A DNA stretch of 61,893 bases, filler included, from Dugesia japonica (GCA_001938525.1; 6 parts of 6 records of this genome joined end to end with filler, not necessarily neighbours in it); one strand, 5' to 3'. Positions 12,771 to 25,024 are shown, counted from the first letter of the whole stretch. Numbers and translations: made by a program. Notes: generated by a model from the sequence alone, not told the origin.

Positions 12771-12803
12771 ATTCCTGACGAAGACAAAGTCGAAATATCG
12801 AAT
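12771..12803 (+). ncRNA. Minimal type I hammerhead ribozyme (second complete copy)
   Basis: ATTC-CTGACGA-A-GAC-AAA-GTC-GAAA-TATC-GAAT; core identical to 12103-12137. Confidence 0.8.
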
Positions 12804-12894
12804 CAATCTCTAAAAAACAATAAAAAATTTTTTTGATCGAGGCTTTTATTTTAAAAGGATTATAAATATTTATTTATCTTAAAATTGAACCATA

Positions 12895-13530
12895 TCGTCA
12901 GTCTTTTCAAAATAAAAGAAATTAATTTTGCCTTCAAATCCTCTAGTTGACGACAATACACGTCAGCGTTAAAGGTTTTATTGACATGTAGAGATTCATA
13001 ATAGATTATACCTTCAGAATCCCACCAAATTGAAAGTAAAACGTTTTTTGGATGCAACCCAGCTTTATATTGGCGAATACGCGAATCGATAGGCATTATC
13101 TTGCACTTAATATTTTTACAAATGATTCATTTTTTGTCACATGTGATTAGTCTTTTAAAAATTGAACGTCCTTATTTAGTTTTAAGTGCAAATTACCAGC
13201 AGAAATGCGCTCATTAATGTTTTGCTTCTGTCAAACTTTAAGGTACCATAGTTTTATAACAAGAAATATANNNNNNNNNNNNNNNNNNNNNNNCGTCATA
13301 TGTCTGGCTTAATTTTAGGATCTCTGATATCTCTCGAATTGTTCTGCATTGTCATTTTTGAATTAAGCTCATTATAAATTTATCATTGACTGTCTGTGGC
13401 CGTCCTGTGCGATCTGAGTCTTTGAAGGAAAAATTTCCAGCTTTAAATTTTGGAAACCCCATTTTAAAATTGTGATCGGTCACAGCATCCTCTCTATTAG
13501 TTACACATATTTCCCTTTGTGTTTTACCAC
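12895..13530 (-). pseudogene. Mariner (Mos1/SETMAR-like) transposase remnant
   Basis: HTH region FKAGNFSFKDSDRTGRP, LKRLITCDKK (ITGDEKW-like), GLHPKNVLLSIWWDSEGIIYYE...ADVYCRQL. Confidence 0.85.
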
Positions 13531-14200
13531 AAGAGTCTAGTGTTGTTATTAACTTGTCGTGAATTGTTTTCACATTCACAGCTTCCAACTCAACCAAGTC
13601 AACGAATAAAGATGAACAAAATTCATTAGTTTCCGCTTTTAAAAACCGGATTTAACTGGTATATTTGATGTTTCATCAGTTATTATATCAAATTTTAAAT
13701 GTTTTTTGAATACGTTACCAAAAACGGTTTTTCTAATTTCTCTTGCAATATTTTCGATTATTTGATTTGTTAAAAAAAGTGAATGTAACCCAATCCCTAA
13801 GTCAGCGCTATTTTTGATGTGCAGTTCAACTTCATGTTCCATATCAGATAATGAACGGTTTCTTTTTGCTAAAATGTACATGATGTTAAAAGTTTTACAT
13901 GTTTTATTTATCATATNTTGTTCATTTTATCAATACTTTTAGGAATGGCATCTATTTTAGCTGTTTCGCGGTTCTCAACAAGCAATAAATGAGATTTTAA
14001 ACTGAAATGTTTGCACAATTTTTTAATCAATGAAACTTGATGAAAAACTTAGATTTGTTCAAATGAAACAACGGCAGAATTTTGTCATTTTTCTGAAATA
14101 TGGATGGTTTTATTCTTGTTTATCTGTAGAGAACTGAAATTAGCGCAGTATGGCCACCTGAGTTTTTTCTGCTTCACTATAAGATCATGATATTTTCTTT
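13530..14200 (-). pseudogene. hAT (ZNF862/C17orf113-like) transposase remnant
   Basis: FNIMYILAKRNRSLSD...ELHIKNSADLG...IIENIAREIRK...FDIITDETS...FVDLVELE. Confidence 0.75.
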
Positions 14201-15313
14201 TGATATTGACAAGTTGGTTTTCACTCCAGCAATCTGGGATATCAGCATTTGGATAAGACAGTGCTGCAGGTATAAAACATTCACTTCAGTTGAAGAATTT
14301 GATTTGGCTGGTTGTGGCTCGTGTTGATTAATGTTTTCATTAGTTCTGGTTTTTTTTAAAAAAACGTAGACACCGAAGGTTGTGATTGTTGCTTCATAGC
14401 TATTGACTTCTACATTATAAAAAATCATTATTTATTTTTTGATTTAACTAAACACCTTTAAATTACCTTTTTTGTTGTTAAATAAGAACATATAGAACAC
14501 AACTTACAAATTCAGGAATTTTTTGATAATTCTTTAGAACGTATAATTTGATTTTTTGATTGCGCAATTTCTTTGAAATTAAATAAAAGAATTTGTTTTA
14601 AAAAACATCTTTTGTTTTTCAATTTAACAATCAAAAAGGATTAAATTTTAATTTGCCTTATAGGTTTCTCATAAATATTCAAACAGAGCCAAATCATCTG
14701 TATTTAAGATTGATTGACTTACAAAATTGCTAATTTTGGGGGAAAATAAAAAAGAACTATCTGTATAAAATGGTTTAAAATAAATATTATTATTTGCCTT
14801 NAATCATATATCCAAAATTAATTGATATAAGAAATGTTATTAAAACTAATAAGTAATAAAATATATTTAACAGTATAAAATGCATGCATTAATTATTAAA
14901 AATAACTTATTTCATAAAATCATTAGCTTATTTTTATCCACTAAATAAGGAATCTTTTCGCTTTAATTGCGTATTTTAAGATTTCTCTGAGAGAAAAATA
15001 TTTTTGATATTTACCATTATTGTGAACTCGATCCCTAAACAATCACTAACATCTTTTTAAAGGAAATTTTGTAGTGTTATAACGAGCGTTTTTATTTGAA
15101 TCTCTGCGTTTTGTTAGTATTTATCGTATTTTTATCTCTATCTCTATTAAATTAGCATTGGAAATGACATAATTCTTGATTGCGCACATTTAATTGCACC
15201 CTCTCCTTCAAAACTTTATAGGGATATAGCAGCAAATCATAGCCTTTTCTTCTTTGAAAACCAAAAGTCACTAAAACATAGTGACTATATACTTATTATT
15301 TGATTATTCATTT

Positions 15314-15519
15314 TATAATGACCATAGGTCATACTAGTATTTCTTCGACTTCAAATGCGCTTATTATCCAGACAAGACCATAAGCATTTCTTACTTTCTA
15401 TTGTGTAAACCTGTTGATTTATCGACCAAAAGCTAGTCTGCATAACCTTGTTTGGATCCTTTCTTTCTCCGTCTTCATCTTTATTATATAAATTTGTATA
15501 GTTTTGATTATTTATATAT
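15314..15519 (-). pseudogene. Polinton pPolB C-terminal fragment
   Basis: SINQQVYTIESKKCL...DNKR...TYGHYK matches the C-terminal DDKR...PYGH motif also seen at ~52070-52140. Confidence 0.55.
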
Positions 15520-15619
15520 NNNNNNNNNNNNNNNNNNNNNNNNNNNNNNNNNNNNNNNNNNNNTTAATTAATTAANNNNNNNNNNNNNNNNNNNNNNNNN
15601 NNNNNNNNNNNNNNNNNNN
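15520..15619. other. Artificial scaffold spacer N-TTAATTAATTAA-N (also 24880-24979, 35470-35569, 44016-44115, 53375-53473)
   Basis: Identical 12-mer, with stops in all six frames, centred in ~100-bp N runs five times. Confidence 0.95.
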
Positions 15620-16244
15620 AAAAAAATTTTTAGTTCAAAAAAAATTAATTTTATAATTTTGTGTGAAATTAATTCATTTTTGAATGAATTTAAAAAAATT
15701 TAAAAAAAATAAAAAAGAAATTTATAAAAAATAACATGTATTTAAAATAACATAAAATATATTTATAAAAAAAACACAAAATAAAATTTTTAAAAATTTG
15801 CAAAAAAATTACAAAAATTTAAAATTAAAAATTTCTAAATATAATATATCTAAAATTATTATAATCTAGTTATAAAAGTTATTCTAGTTATTCTAGTATA
15901 AATCCCCAAACTCTTGAAGTGATAACTTAAGTTCATTGAAAAAGTCTTTACAACATTTAATATAATTTAAATATGGAAAAACATATCATTATCATCAATA
16001 TTACATTTACATTCATTTATTGGGTAATATGTATTATTTAATTGTATTTGAATACTTTTAAGAGAAGGTTTTGTTGTAGCTTCTTTTTCTACAGCTGGAG
16101 TCCCTTCTTTTTTCTTTTCAGTTTTACTAATTTGTTGGATAAATAAATTATTATTCTTTTGATAAGAAATATCTTCATNNNNNNNNNNNNNNNNNNNNNN
16201 NNNNNNNNNNNNNNNNNNNNNNNNNNNNNNNNNNNNNNNNNNNN

Positions 16245-17079
16245 TTTCCAGAATCTAAAGTTGTACTTGAAGTAATTCTATTTAAAAATGAAACTTGGAT
16301 AGATTTATTTGTATAAATTCTTTCCAACAGATTTACTTCAATTTTTGGTAGTAAAATACATGCTGGTATATGTAATTCTAAAGTTGTTAATTTTAAAGTT
16401 TCTGTTTTACCTGTATCACCATAAAATAATAATTTATCATCAATTTGTCTCTTACCTATAAATTCAATTTTTGTATTATATAATAATCTATTGTAACATT
16501 GCATAAATCCCAATAAATGTTTTAAAGGAAAACAACCCACAAATTTCTTTTTTGAGTTATAAAGTTTATTTCTATTATAAAAACCTTTATTTCCTTCACA
16601 AGTAACATCTAAATCTCCTTTGTTTGTGTCTGGAATCCATCCAGATGATTCACCATAAATATTTTTATAATTTGAAGCAGTTTTTTATAAAATTTAATAT
16701 TGTTGATGTTATTCCAGGATCATGAATTATTTCTACATCTGAAGATCCCAAAGTTAATCTCATTGTTTTGATTACACTTGGAAACCAATTATTTTCCAAA
16801 GTTATTTTATCTCCATCTGTAACAGTTATCTCTACTNNNNNNNNNNNNNNNNNNNNNNNNNNNNNNNNNNNNNNNNNNNNNNNNNNTTGGAAACCAATTA
16901 TTTTCCAAAGTTATTTTATCTCCATCTGTAACAGTTATCTCTACTATATAATATAAGATTAAATTAGAAATATCTAATGGATTTGATGATTGTAAAGATT
17001 GAAAAACTATATCTCCATAAGACATTAAATGATTAATTGAACCAGATGAAGGTGAAATTCTTAAAACATCATTTTTCAA
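16245..17079 (-). pseudogene. Polinton/adintovirus double jelly-roll major capsid protein, type 1 (fragment)
   Basis: Joined across a gap and a frameshift: ITLENNWFP...QMRLTLGSSDVEIIHDPGITSTI...GWIPD...GFYNR...FPLKHLLGFMQCYNRLLYNTKIEF...LELHIP. PLKHLxGF is typical of Polinton MCP. Confidence 0.75.
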
Positions 17080-18459
17080 AAATAAATGTTGAAAATTAAT
17101 ATCACTATCAAGATCAAGTTTTGTATCAATTATATAAAATAATATATAATTATTATTATATATAATAATTATATATAATAAAAAAAATAATAAAATAATT
17201 TATTTAGAGTTTGAAGTTTTTACTACATAATTTGGTAAATCACTTTTAGCTGCATAAACTCTTTTTACATCATATCCATATTCTTCTGGTACTTTTTCTC
17301 GGGTAAATCTTTCTCGTAAATTATCACTATTTTCTTTTATTTTTTTAGCAATATAATTACATTATCATCTTCTTCCCATTTTATCAATGTCAGTTTCAAA
17401 CCAGGATATTCTATAAATTTCGGTTTTTGTTCTAGATTTAATTGTTCTCTTAATTTATTACATTCATCTCTTTCCTTTTGAAAATCTCTTTCCAATTGTT
17501 TTATAATTTTAACATTTTTGCATCTTCTTTAGAACAATGAGTTATTAATTTCCCTTTGCATTCTGCTTCACAATATTTAGAAACTATAATACTTAATAAT
17601 GTTTTGAACTTATCATTATCATTAAATTTTTCAANTTGTAAATACATTTCTTTCAACATACCTAAATATCTTTTTGCTGTTTTATTTGTCATTTCATAAT
17701 TGGTAAATTTTTCAATTTCACTAATACTAAAATTTTCAAGTTAAGAAAATTTATTTATACTAGCATATAAAGTATTTATACCCAAAACTTCTTCTACTTT
17801 ATTAACATTTGGTTTTGTACTAGACATTTACTTTACTGAAAAAATGATATTATAATTTCTTTCGAATAGTATCTTCAACAACTTTTAGAAAATCTGAATC
17901 ACTCATTTTATGATAATTTATTTTAGGATTTTGAATGGGACTGGTTGGGATTTGATTTTGAATTGGTTTCATGGGATTTTGATTTTGAACTAATCTAATA
18001 AGATTTTGGATTATTTTATTTTGTGTTTGATTTTGCAACCGTTTATATCTTTGTTTTAAGATTCATATTGACCATTTACATCTCTTTTTAAAGTTTTAAT
18101 CTTTGTTCTTCTATTATAAAGAATATTAAATTCCCTTAAATATTTTCTACTGTTTTTTCACTACAGTTATTTTGTTTAGAAAAGCCCAAAACTGAATTTT
18201 CAATAAAATTATAACTTTTTAAGAGTTTAAAAAATTCTGCTTCAGGTGTATCTAATTTATTTGTGTTTTTATTACAAGACATTTTATAAATAATAATTTT
18301 AACACCATACTGTAATTCTATACTCTAATTCTATACTCTACTCTAATTCTATACTTTTATTCCATACTGAAATATTAATAATAAAAAACTACTATTTTAT
18401 TCTAATATTATATTTTTTAAAAACTCAAAATACAAAAAATCAAGACGAAAAGAAATATA

Positions 18460-18646
18460 ACGGGTAATGGGAAAATGACGACTTTAACGCGGGTAATTAG
18501 CACTATAATATACGACGGCATTTATATACCAAAATTACCAATCAAATCCTAAAACACAATTTTTGAACTTGTATATTATCACTTTGCCTTATGCCCGGAG
18601 TATAGCTACCATACTGCNNNNNNNNCGTCATTTCTCCATTACTGTG
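18460..18646. mobile_element. MITE with ~17-bp TIRs
   Basis: GTAATGGGAAAATGACG ... CGTCATTTCTCCATTAC. Confidence 0.5.
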
Positions 18647-19083
18647 CTAAGAGAACATTTCTCAGAATCAAGCTGGAAAATCATCAATATCTGATCCGAA
18701 AAATGCGGCACAAACTTCGCACTCATTTAATCATGTTCGAACGGAAGTAAAAATTAATCCCATTGGACATTTTATACAAAGAACAATCGGTGGAAAAGAA
18801 AGAAGATCTGCCGTATGCAAAAAGAAATGCAAGAAAACAATGATCAGAATATAATTTAGAACTTCATGTTTATTATATTAAAGAATGGCACAATTAAATT
18901 TTACTATTAAATATGTATTTTTTTACACACCATATGCCATGATCCCATTTGGCAACATTTATAAAAAATAACTTTTTATAGGGATAAAGAGGTTTATCGT
19001 TAAAATATTTTTCCAAACTTATTTTTAAGTAAAAAAGAACACATCACAAAAAACGGAAAAAAATCTGGCAAGTAACGGGTTAA
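18647..19083 (+). mobile_element. piggyBac 3' end: C-terminal Cys-rich domain remnant and right terminus
   Basis: GHFIQRT...ERRSAVCKKK...NLELHVYYIKEWHN* (degenerate CRD), then a terminus ending ACGGG followed by TTAA at 19080-19083. Confidence 0.7.
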
Positions 19084-20908
19084 TTTATTTTACAAATTTT
19101 CTGCATTTCAGTGGAAACATCTTTCTTATATTTTTTAAACTGCGATTTTAATCAATAAATTTGGTAAAAACTTACCGATAAATAATAATAAATAATAATC
19201 ATTTTAGAGAAAATTATATTTCAAAATTTTTATTTAAAATTGCTATTTTAAATTAATTTTTTTGATTTCCTGCAGTATAATAACCTTTTTTAATAACCTT
19301 TGTTAAATATATACTTCCGCCTTTTTAAAACTGTAAATTTAATATTTTCTTTTGATTTCAGACCAAAGATTTTCAACTAAAATTGTGAATTTAGAAGTTT
19401 ATTCATTTTTTGCGGAAGTAAAAATAAATAAGTTTCATATGAAGGTAACAATTTTTATTATTCATAAAATAAAAAAGAATAATTAATTATTCATTGTATT
19501 ATTTATGAGAATAGTTTAGAAAGTCTGTGTCAACATAATATTTAGTTAAAACAAAATTATTATCTCAAATTCATCGATCTCAGTAAAATGAATTGTACTA
19601 ACATGAAATTTCTGAATGAACTTTGTTATAAATAAATTATAAATTTCTATATTTATTCTTTGTATAATTGATTAAAATGTTTTAATTAAAAGTATCCATT
19701 TGTCAACGTTTTGCTTTTCTCAATATTAAAATATTAATAATTAATTATTATCTTTTAACAACCAAGAGTGAGGTGAGTTGTAACTTAACTGAAATAAAGA
19801 GTAAGAAAATGTTAATGCGCGTGTTTGAATATATATCAAACCGAAATAACCCAATAGTTTTTCTGATTTATTTTCAGTTCTTGGTTACTTTCACTTTCCT
19901 TTCTAAACCTGCTTTCAATATTCGCTATTTTCCATATTTATGGTTTTCATAATAATATTGTTTTACATCATTATTTGGTTTTTTCCAAATAATTCAATAA
20001 ATTACATTCAAGAATAATATTTTCACCTAGATAATGATAATCTGCTTTGATAAATGTTTGTTACCTGCAATTTATTCAATTATATTACTTTTTATTTTGA
20101 AAATTATAATAATATTGAGAATAATGGCAAATAAAATGATGACCAACCGTAAAATAGATTTATTGGAAAAATAGTAAATTAATAGTAAAATATTGAAATC
20201 ATTTCAAAATTAAATCATGATTTATAAACCTAAAAGTATGTTATATTTTACAAAAGTTGAACAAAACGCATGGTGTTATTTTGTAAGATAAATCTGTGCT
20301 TCATAGTTTGAGTAGAGTTATTTTCTACAAATACTAAGTTAAAGATCAAAGATTTATTCAAAAAAATTTAAATTTAAAAAAAGTTTTTAAAAGAGCTTTT
20401 ATGAATTATTGAAGAGGAATTAATGAGCAAAAATTAACCAATAAAAATTGGTTAAAACTATTTTAATTAGAAGATTAATTCCATTTTTTTATATAGTTTT
20501 CCTTGAATTTTGTTTAATAAAGTTTTTAACTTGGTTAATTTTTGAATTTTGTTTTCAAATTTTTTCAAACGCCTTAACTCTCTAATAAAATTCTAGATGC
20601 GTAGAGGAAGTGGTTGCAAAATCTTTAAAAAAAGTTTTAAATTCGAAGATATACCATCATTTTTTACCGAGAAAATCTTATACCAAAATTCGAAACTCCG
20701 CGCAAATTTTCTACAAATCAAACCGAAAAAAAATGTTCTACCCAAATGTGTAGGCCAATAAAATCGTTATGCTTTTAGATCCCCAAGTTATCTAGATCAC
20801 CTCGCCAGNNNNNNNNNNNNNNNNNNNNNNNNNNNNNNNNNNNNNNNNNNNNNNNNNNNNNNNNNNNNNNNNNNNNNNNNNNNNNNNNNNNNNNNNNNNN
20901 NNNNNNNN

Positions 20909-20962
<54 letters not shown>

Positions 20963-20997
20963 CATTAAAATTATTATTATTAGTATTATTATTATTT
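20909..20997. repeat. (TTA)n microsatellite
   Basis: Direct observation. Confidence 0.95.
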
Positions 20998-22377
20998 AAC
21001 TTTCTAGTTTCAAGTCTAGTTGATTTTTTTTTAACAAAATAGTAAGTATATTGTTGAGGTAAAATGACATAGTCTTTTCTTCTGCATATTTAGAAAATCC
21101 ATAAAAAAATAATTGTTCCATTCCATCACAGGAAACCTTTGGGAAACTATATTTTAAAGAATAAATTTATAAAAAGAGCTTATAAATTATTACTTGAATT
21201 CATTGGCTTGGACGCATTTTGAATATTATTTATTAATTTAACGATTTTTTAAAATAATAATTCACACAGATTTTGTGACTTTTGAAAATATTTTTACACG
21301 TGATTAGGATTAAATGATGTCACTATAAAGAACTGTTAAGGTTAATGGGGCGTAATAAGATGGTTGGACTTACTAGTTTTCGTGTAAGTTACTTATTATC
21401 GTGCCAGTTAATATTAATCGTCTGAGTTACTAGTTTTCGCGTAAATATTTTGGTTGTAAATTTAAAACTTGAAATTTTTATGTGTGAAATTCAAAATTAA
21501 AACCTTTTGGGGGGAAATTTAAAATTTTTGTTATTTTATTTCATTTTTTTTGAAAATTTTCTTGTCGCCAATTTTAAAAATTTTTTCTTTCTCTATCATT
21601 ATTTTTTATCTTTTATATTTTTTATTTTTAAAAAATTAGATTTTAAGTTTCAATGTTATATTTGAATAGGGTTTGTAAATTTGTATACAATGTCATTTAC
21701 AAAAATATTCATGTTGTTTAAAGTTACATGTTATCAGATTTTGGTTTAAGCGGTCTAGTATTGCGAGTTTTTTGTTGAATTTGCATGAATTTTGCTTTGA
21801 ATGAAAGAGGAAGACGGGAGACATGTTATGGTGTAAATGTTTAGTATTTTGTAGGTGATGGTGCCTGTGTGTATATAAAAGTGTATTTTTAAAATTAAAA
21901 TCGCGACAGAATATGTGTCAGGTGATAATTTTTAGGTTCCATTAGTATATTTGAGTTGGCCATCAAAATAAGTTTATAGGTTGCCAAAGGTAACTATGGG
22001 CTAAAATGAATGTGTATTGCATTTATGCTGCTTTTGTGTTGCAAAATGAGTTTCAAGTATAGTTTTTTATGGTTTTATGAGATTAAAAATTAATAAACAT
22101 GTGATTTTAGATGACGTGTGTTTCTCATGTGTTGCATCTGAGTTGCAACCGTATTACAATAATAATATTTTTAGTGTATTTTAATGGTTTTAAAATTCAC
22201 AGGCACGTGATTTATGTGAATCTGTGTTGCATCTATGTTGCAACCCTGTTATAATTATATTTATTTATTACTTATAAAAATTTTTGCAATTAATAAAAAC
22301 TATTTAAATAAAATAAAATAAAGCATTTATTCAAATAAAATTTATTTTCATAACAAATAAAACCTTTATTCTCAAAG

Positions 22378-22972
22378 TTATGCGACATCTTGAGTATATT
22401 TTATTTCAAGATATTGTATGGAACTATGTTTTTGTTGAATGGGAAGTCGAATTGAAGTTCCAAAATAAAATCTTCCATTGTGATATCAATATCTTATACA
22501 TGTTCTGGCTAAAATATAATCCCAATAATCTTCAGAATTCATATCTTTGGTTTCTTCTATGAAATGTGGAATTTTTTCATTGACTATCTGTCTTGCTGAT
22601 TATAAAATAAAAGATATTAAATAAATATACATTAAATAAATTTTTTACGTTTAAAGTTATATTTATATCTTCTTCATTAAACTCTTATTCACCATCCTCA
22701 TTGGGTTTCTGATTATTTTCAATTTTTTACTGATTATCTTCAATTGGTTTCTGATTATCTTCGTTTGGTTTTTGTTGACCACAATCGCAAGTCACTTTTA
22801 TCTTTGGATTATCTAGTATTTGTTCATTAATTGTATTATCTTCTTCTTCTATTATTTCTTCAAGTATTTTTTCATTATCTATGTCTTCAATTATTTTTGT
22901 ATTATCCTGACTTCGAAACATATTTTCACTAGAAAAAGCAGTAATCTCAAAGTAATCTTGAATGGTAGACAT
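22378..22972 (-). pseudogene. Cassette gene B (unknown; acidic N-terminus, one short intron)
   Basis: Exon 1 MSTIQDYFE...; donor at 22648; exon 2 ARQIVNEKIPHFIEETKDMNSEDYWDYIL is homologous to 45344-45565; premature stops. Confidence 0.6.
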
Positions 22973-23199
22973 TTCTTAAAAAAGTGAATTTATTGTGAAA
23001 AGCATGTTCTAGTTATATAATTCAAGTATCCAATCCTATCAATTAAAACAAATAATAACCAATCATAAAACCAATAACTAATCATATCTTTTAAAAGTGG
23101 CAACGTTCAATTGAAACTGACGAATAATAAGTAAGTATGTATTACAACAAGTATATAAGCAGTAGTTTTCATAAAATTAATCACTTTCACAATTCAAAA

Positions 23200-23636
23200 A
23201 TGCAAGAAACTAATTTCAATAAAGATAATGTTACATCAATTAGCTTGGAACTGAAAAAAATTACAGATTTCTATCATCGCATGATGTATTTCCGGAAGAA
23301 TTCAATTATTTTATGACTTAAAAGTATGATTTTTATTTCTTTTTATAAATTAATATTTTCTTTTAGAAACCTGTTATGGTAAAAAGATCAAAATATATTC
23401 TCTTAATATCAGGAATTCGCGAAAAAGATAGGACCATATTTGAAGGTTTCTTATCGATATTTAGCAGAGATATCGAAATCACTGAAACCATTTTCATTAA
23501 TTTTAAAGAACGTGATGGAAACAAGTATGAAGATGAATCAAAATGGATGATTCAGGTGGAGATAAAATTATATAAGAAGTCTATAAATAGTACTTGGATC
23601 ATCTGGAAAATCAAAAACATTGAAAAGAAGAATTAA
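23200..23636 (+). pseudogene. Cassette gene A (unknown, possibly an OB-fold ssDNA-binding protein), 43-bp intron at 23324-23366
   Basis: MQETNFNKDNVTSISLELKKITDFYHRMMYFRKNSII(Y)DLK|KPVMVKRSKYILLISGIREKD...KWMIQVEI...IWKIKNI with one frameshift; TATA-like GTATATAAG at ~23151; homologous to 44526-44942. Confidence 0.65.
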
Positions 23637-24120
23637 ATTTGTTTGTTATTGAACTTAATGTTTATGAAATTAAGTTTTAAAGCGAAAGTTTTAAGATTAA
23701 AATTTTTAAAAAGAAATTTTTAATGGATTGCACAATTTTACCGAAATTATGTTCAATAAATGAACCATCTATGAAAATATAAAAACATCGTTTTGATCTT
23801 TGCAAATAAAAATAAATTTTATTTAAATTAGTTTTTCAAAATATTTGTTTAATATTTTTTTATTTTTTTTAATAAATGTTTTAATATAAATATCTTGTTG
23901 ATTTAAAAAAAATTATAGTTGTTTTAATAAATAAATAAAAACTAAATAATAATAATACATTTATTTTTTATCAATTCATTAGTGGTAACAGAAATAGTCA
24001 TTGTATTTCTTCATTTCAATTTGATACTTTTAAATTTACGTGAAAACTAGTAACTCAGGCGATTACTATTAACTGACACGATAATAAGTAACTTACACTG
24101 TATCTAGTAACCTATACGGT

Positions 24121-24332
24121 TGATGTGAGCGCATTGGATCACTATGTATTATCAAGATACACCCCTTCCCCTTCCCCAGCACACAAAACAATCAATAATT
24201 AATCACTTCAAAATCAGATCAAAAATCGATAATCAATGAGATCAAAAATGAATCAAATTTGAAAATCAATATATCGATCTGAGGCTAGGCAGAGAGCTCG
24301 ATAACTCATAGTGAGCCAGTGCGCTCACATCA
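24121..24332. mobile_element. MITE with ~35-bp TIRs
   Basis: TGATGTGAGCGCATTGGATCACTATG ... CATAGTGAGCCAGTGCGCTCACATCA. Confidence 0.8.
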
Positions 24333-24586
24333 TAATTGCTAATTTTTCTAATTTTGAGTGGTTTGTGTAATGAAATTCAAGTTTATTTGTTTAACATCAT
24401 TAAAATTATCAGAAAAATCTCAATTTTCTAAATTACTTAATTTAAAATATATTTAATAAGAAAAAAATAGATAAATGTTTTATTTTACCAAATTTATTTA
24501 TATTTAATTATATTCCAATTTTAATATGAATCTCAAGAAAAATTTGTTGTATGATTTTTGTTAGTATTTAACTATTTAATGTTTAG

Positions 24587-24731
24587 ATTTACAATTCTTC
24601 CAACATGAAATTAATTGAAACTCAACTCATTGAAATATATCAATCGAGTTGCATCCTTGAAGATATTATTGTAGGTGGCTCACATATTGATATTACTGAT
24701 AGGTTAAAAAATTTTACAGGATGTTTCTCAA
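24587..24731 (+). CDS. Exon of a laminin-G-domain-like protein
   Basis: tttag/gtaagt boundaries, open: ...DIIVGGSHIDITDRLKNFTGCFS, fitting the LamG motif (I/L)xGG...FxGCxxNL. Confidence 0.6.
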
Positions 24732-24814
24732 GTAAGTCTTAAAACAAATATATTGTGTGAACTGACAATAAATTCATTTAATAATATTTAAAATTATTAA
24801 AAATTATTTTATAG

Positions 24815-24861
24815 ATCTTATTTTGTCTTCGCCAGTGAAAGAATTTACATGGGATCAAATG
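24815..24861 (+). CDS. Next exon of the LamG-like protein
   Basis: 83-bp intron, phase-compatible, NLILSSPVKEFTWDQM then a gtaaag donor. Confidence 0.55.
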
Positions 24862-24979
24862 GTAAAGTTCCAACAATATNNNNNNNNNNNNNNNNNNNNN
24901 NNNNNNNNNNNNNNNNNNNNNNNTTAATTAATTAANNNNNNNNNNNNNNNNNNNNNNNNNNNNNNNNNNNNNNNNNNNN

Positions 24980-25018
<39 letters not shown>

Positions 25019-25024
25019 ATATAT
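24980..25024. repeat. (TA)n microsatellite
   Basis: Direct observation. Confidence 0.95.

Larger units (their letters stand above)
21370..24110. mobile_element. ~2.7-kb TIR-bounded element carrying two divergent spliced genes, no transposase visible
   Basis: 77-bp inverted repeats at 21370-21446 and 24034-24110 (8 mismatches by eye), built from ~17-bp GTTACTAGTTTTC-type subrepeats. Confidence 0.7.

Noticed and set aside
15564-15575. TTAATTAATTAA recurring about every 9-10 kb
   Set aside because: Always centred in ~100-bp N runs; an artificial six-frame-stop spacer, not a biological motif or piggyBac site.
16778-16945. 59-bp direct repeat inside the capsid gene (similar case at 42364-42447)
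   Set aside because: The copies flank an N gap; overlapping contig ends left unmerged.
9451-24861. MAP1-like and LamG-like exons as one fusion gene
   Set aside because: Phases are compatible, but an artificial spacer separates them and cytosolic MAP1 with extracellular LamG is implausible without transcript evidence.
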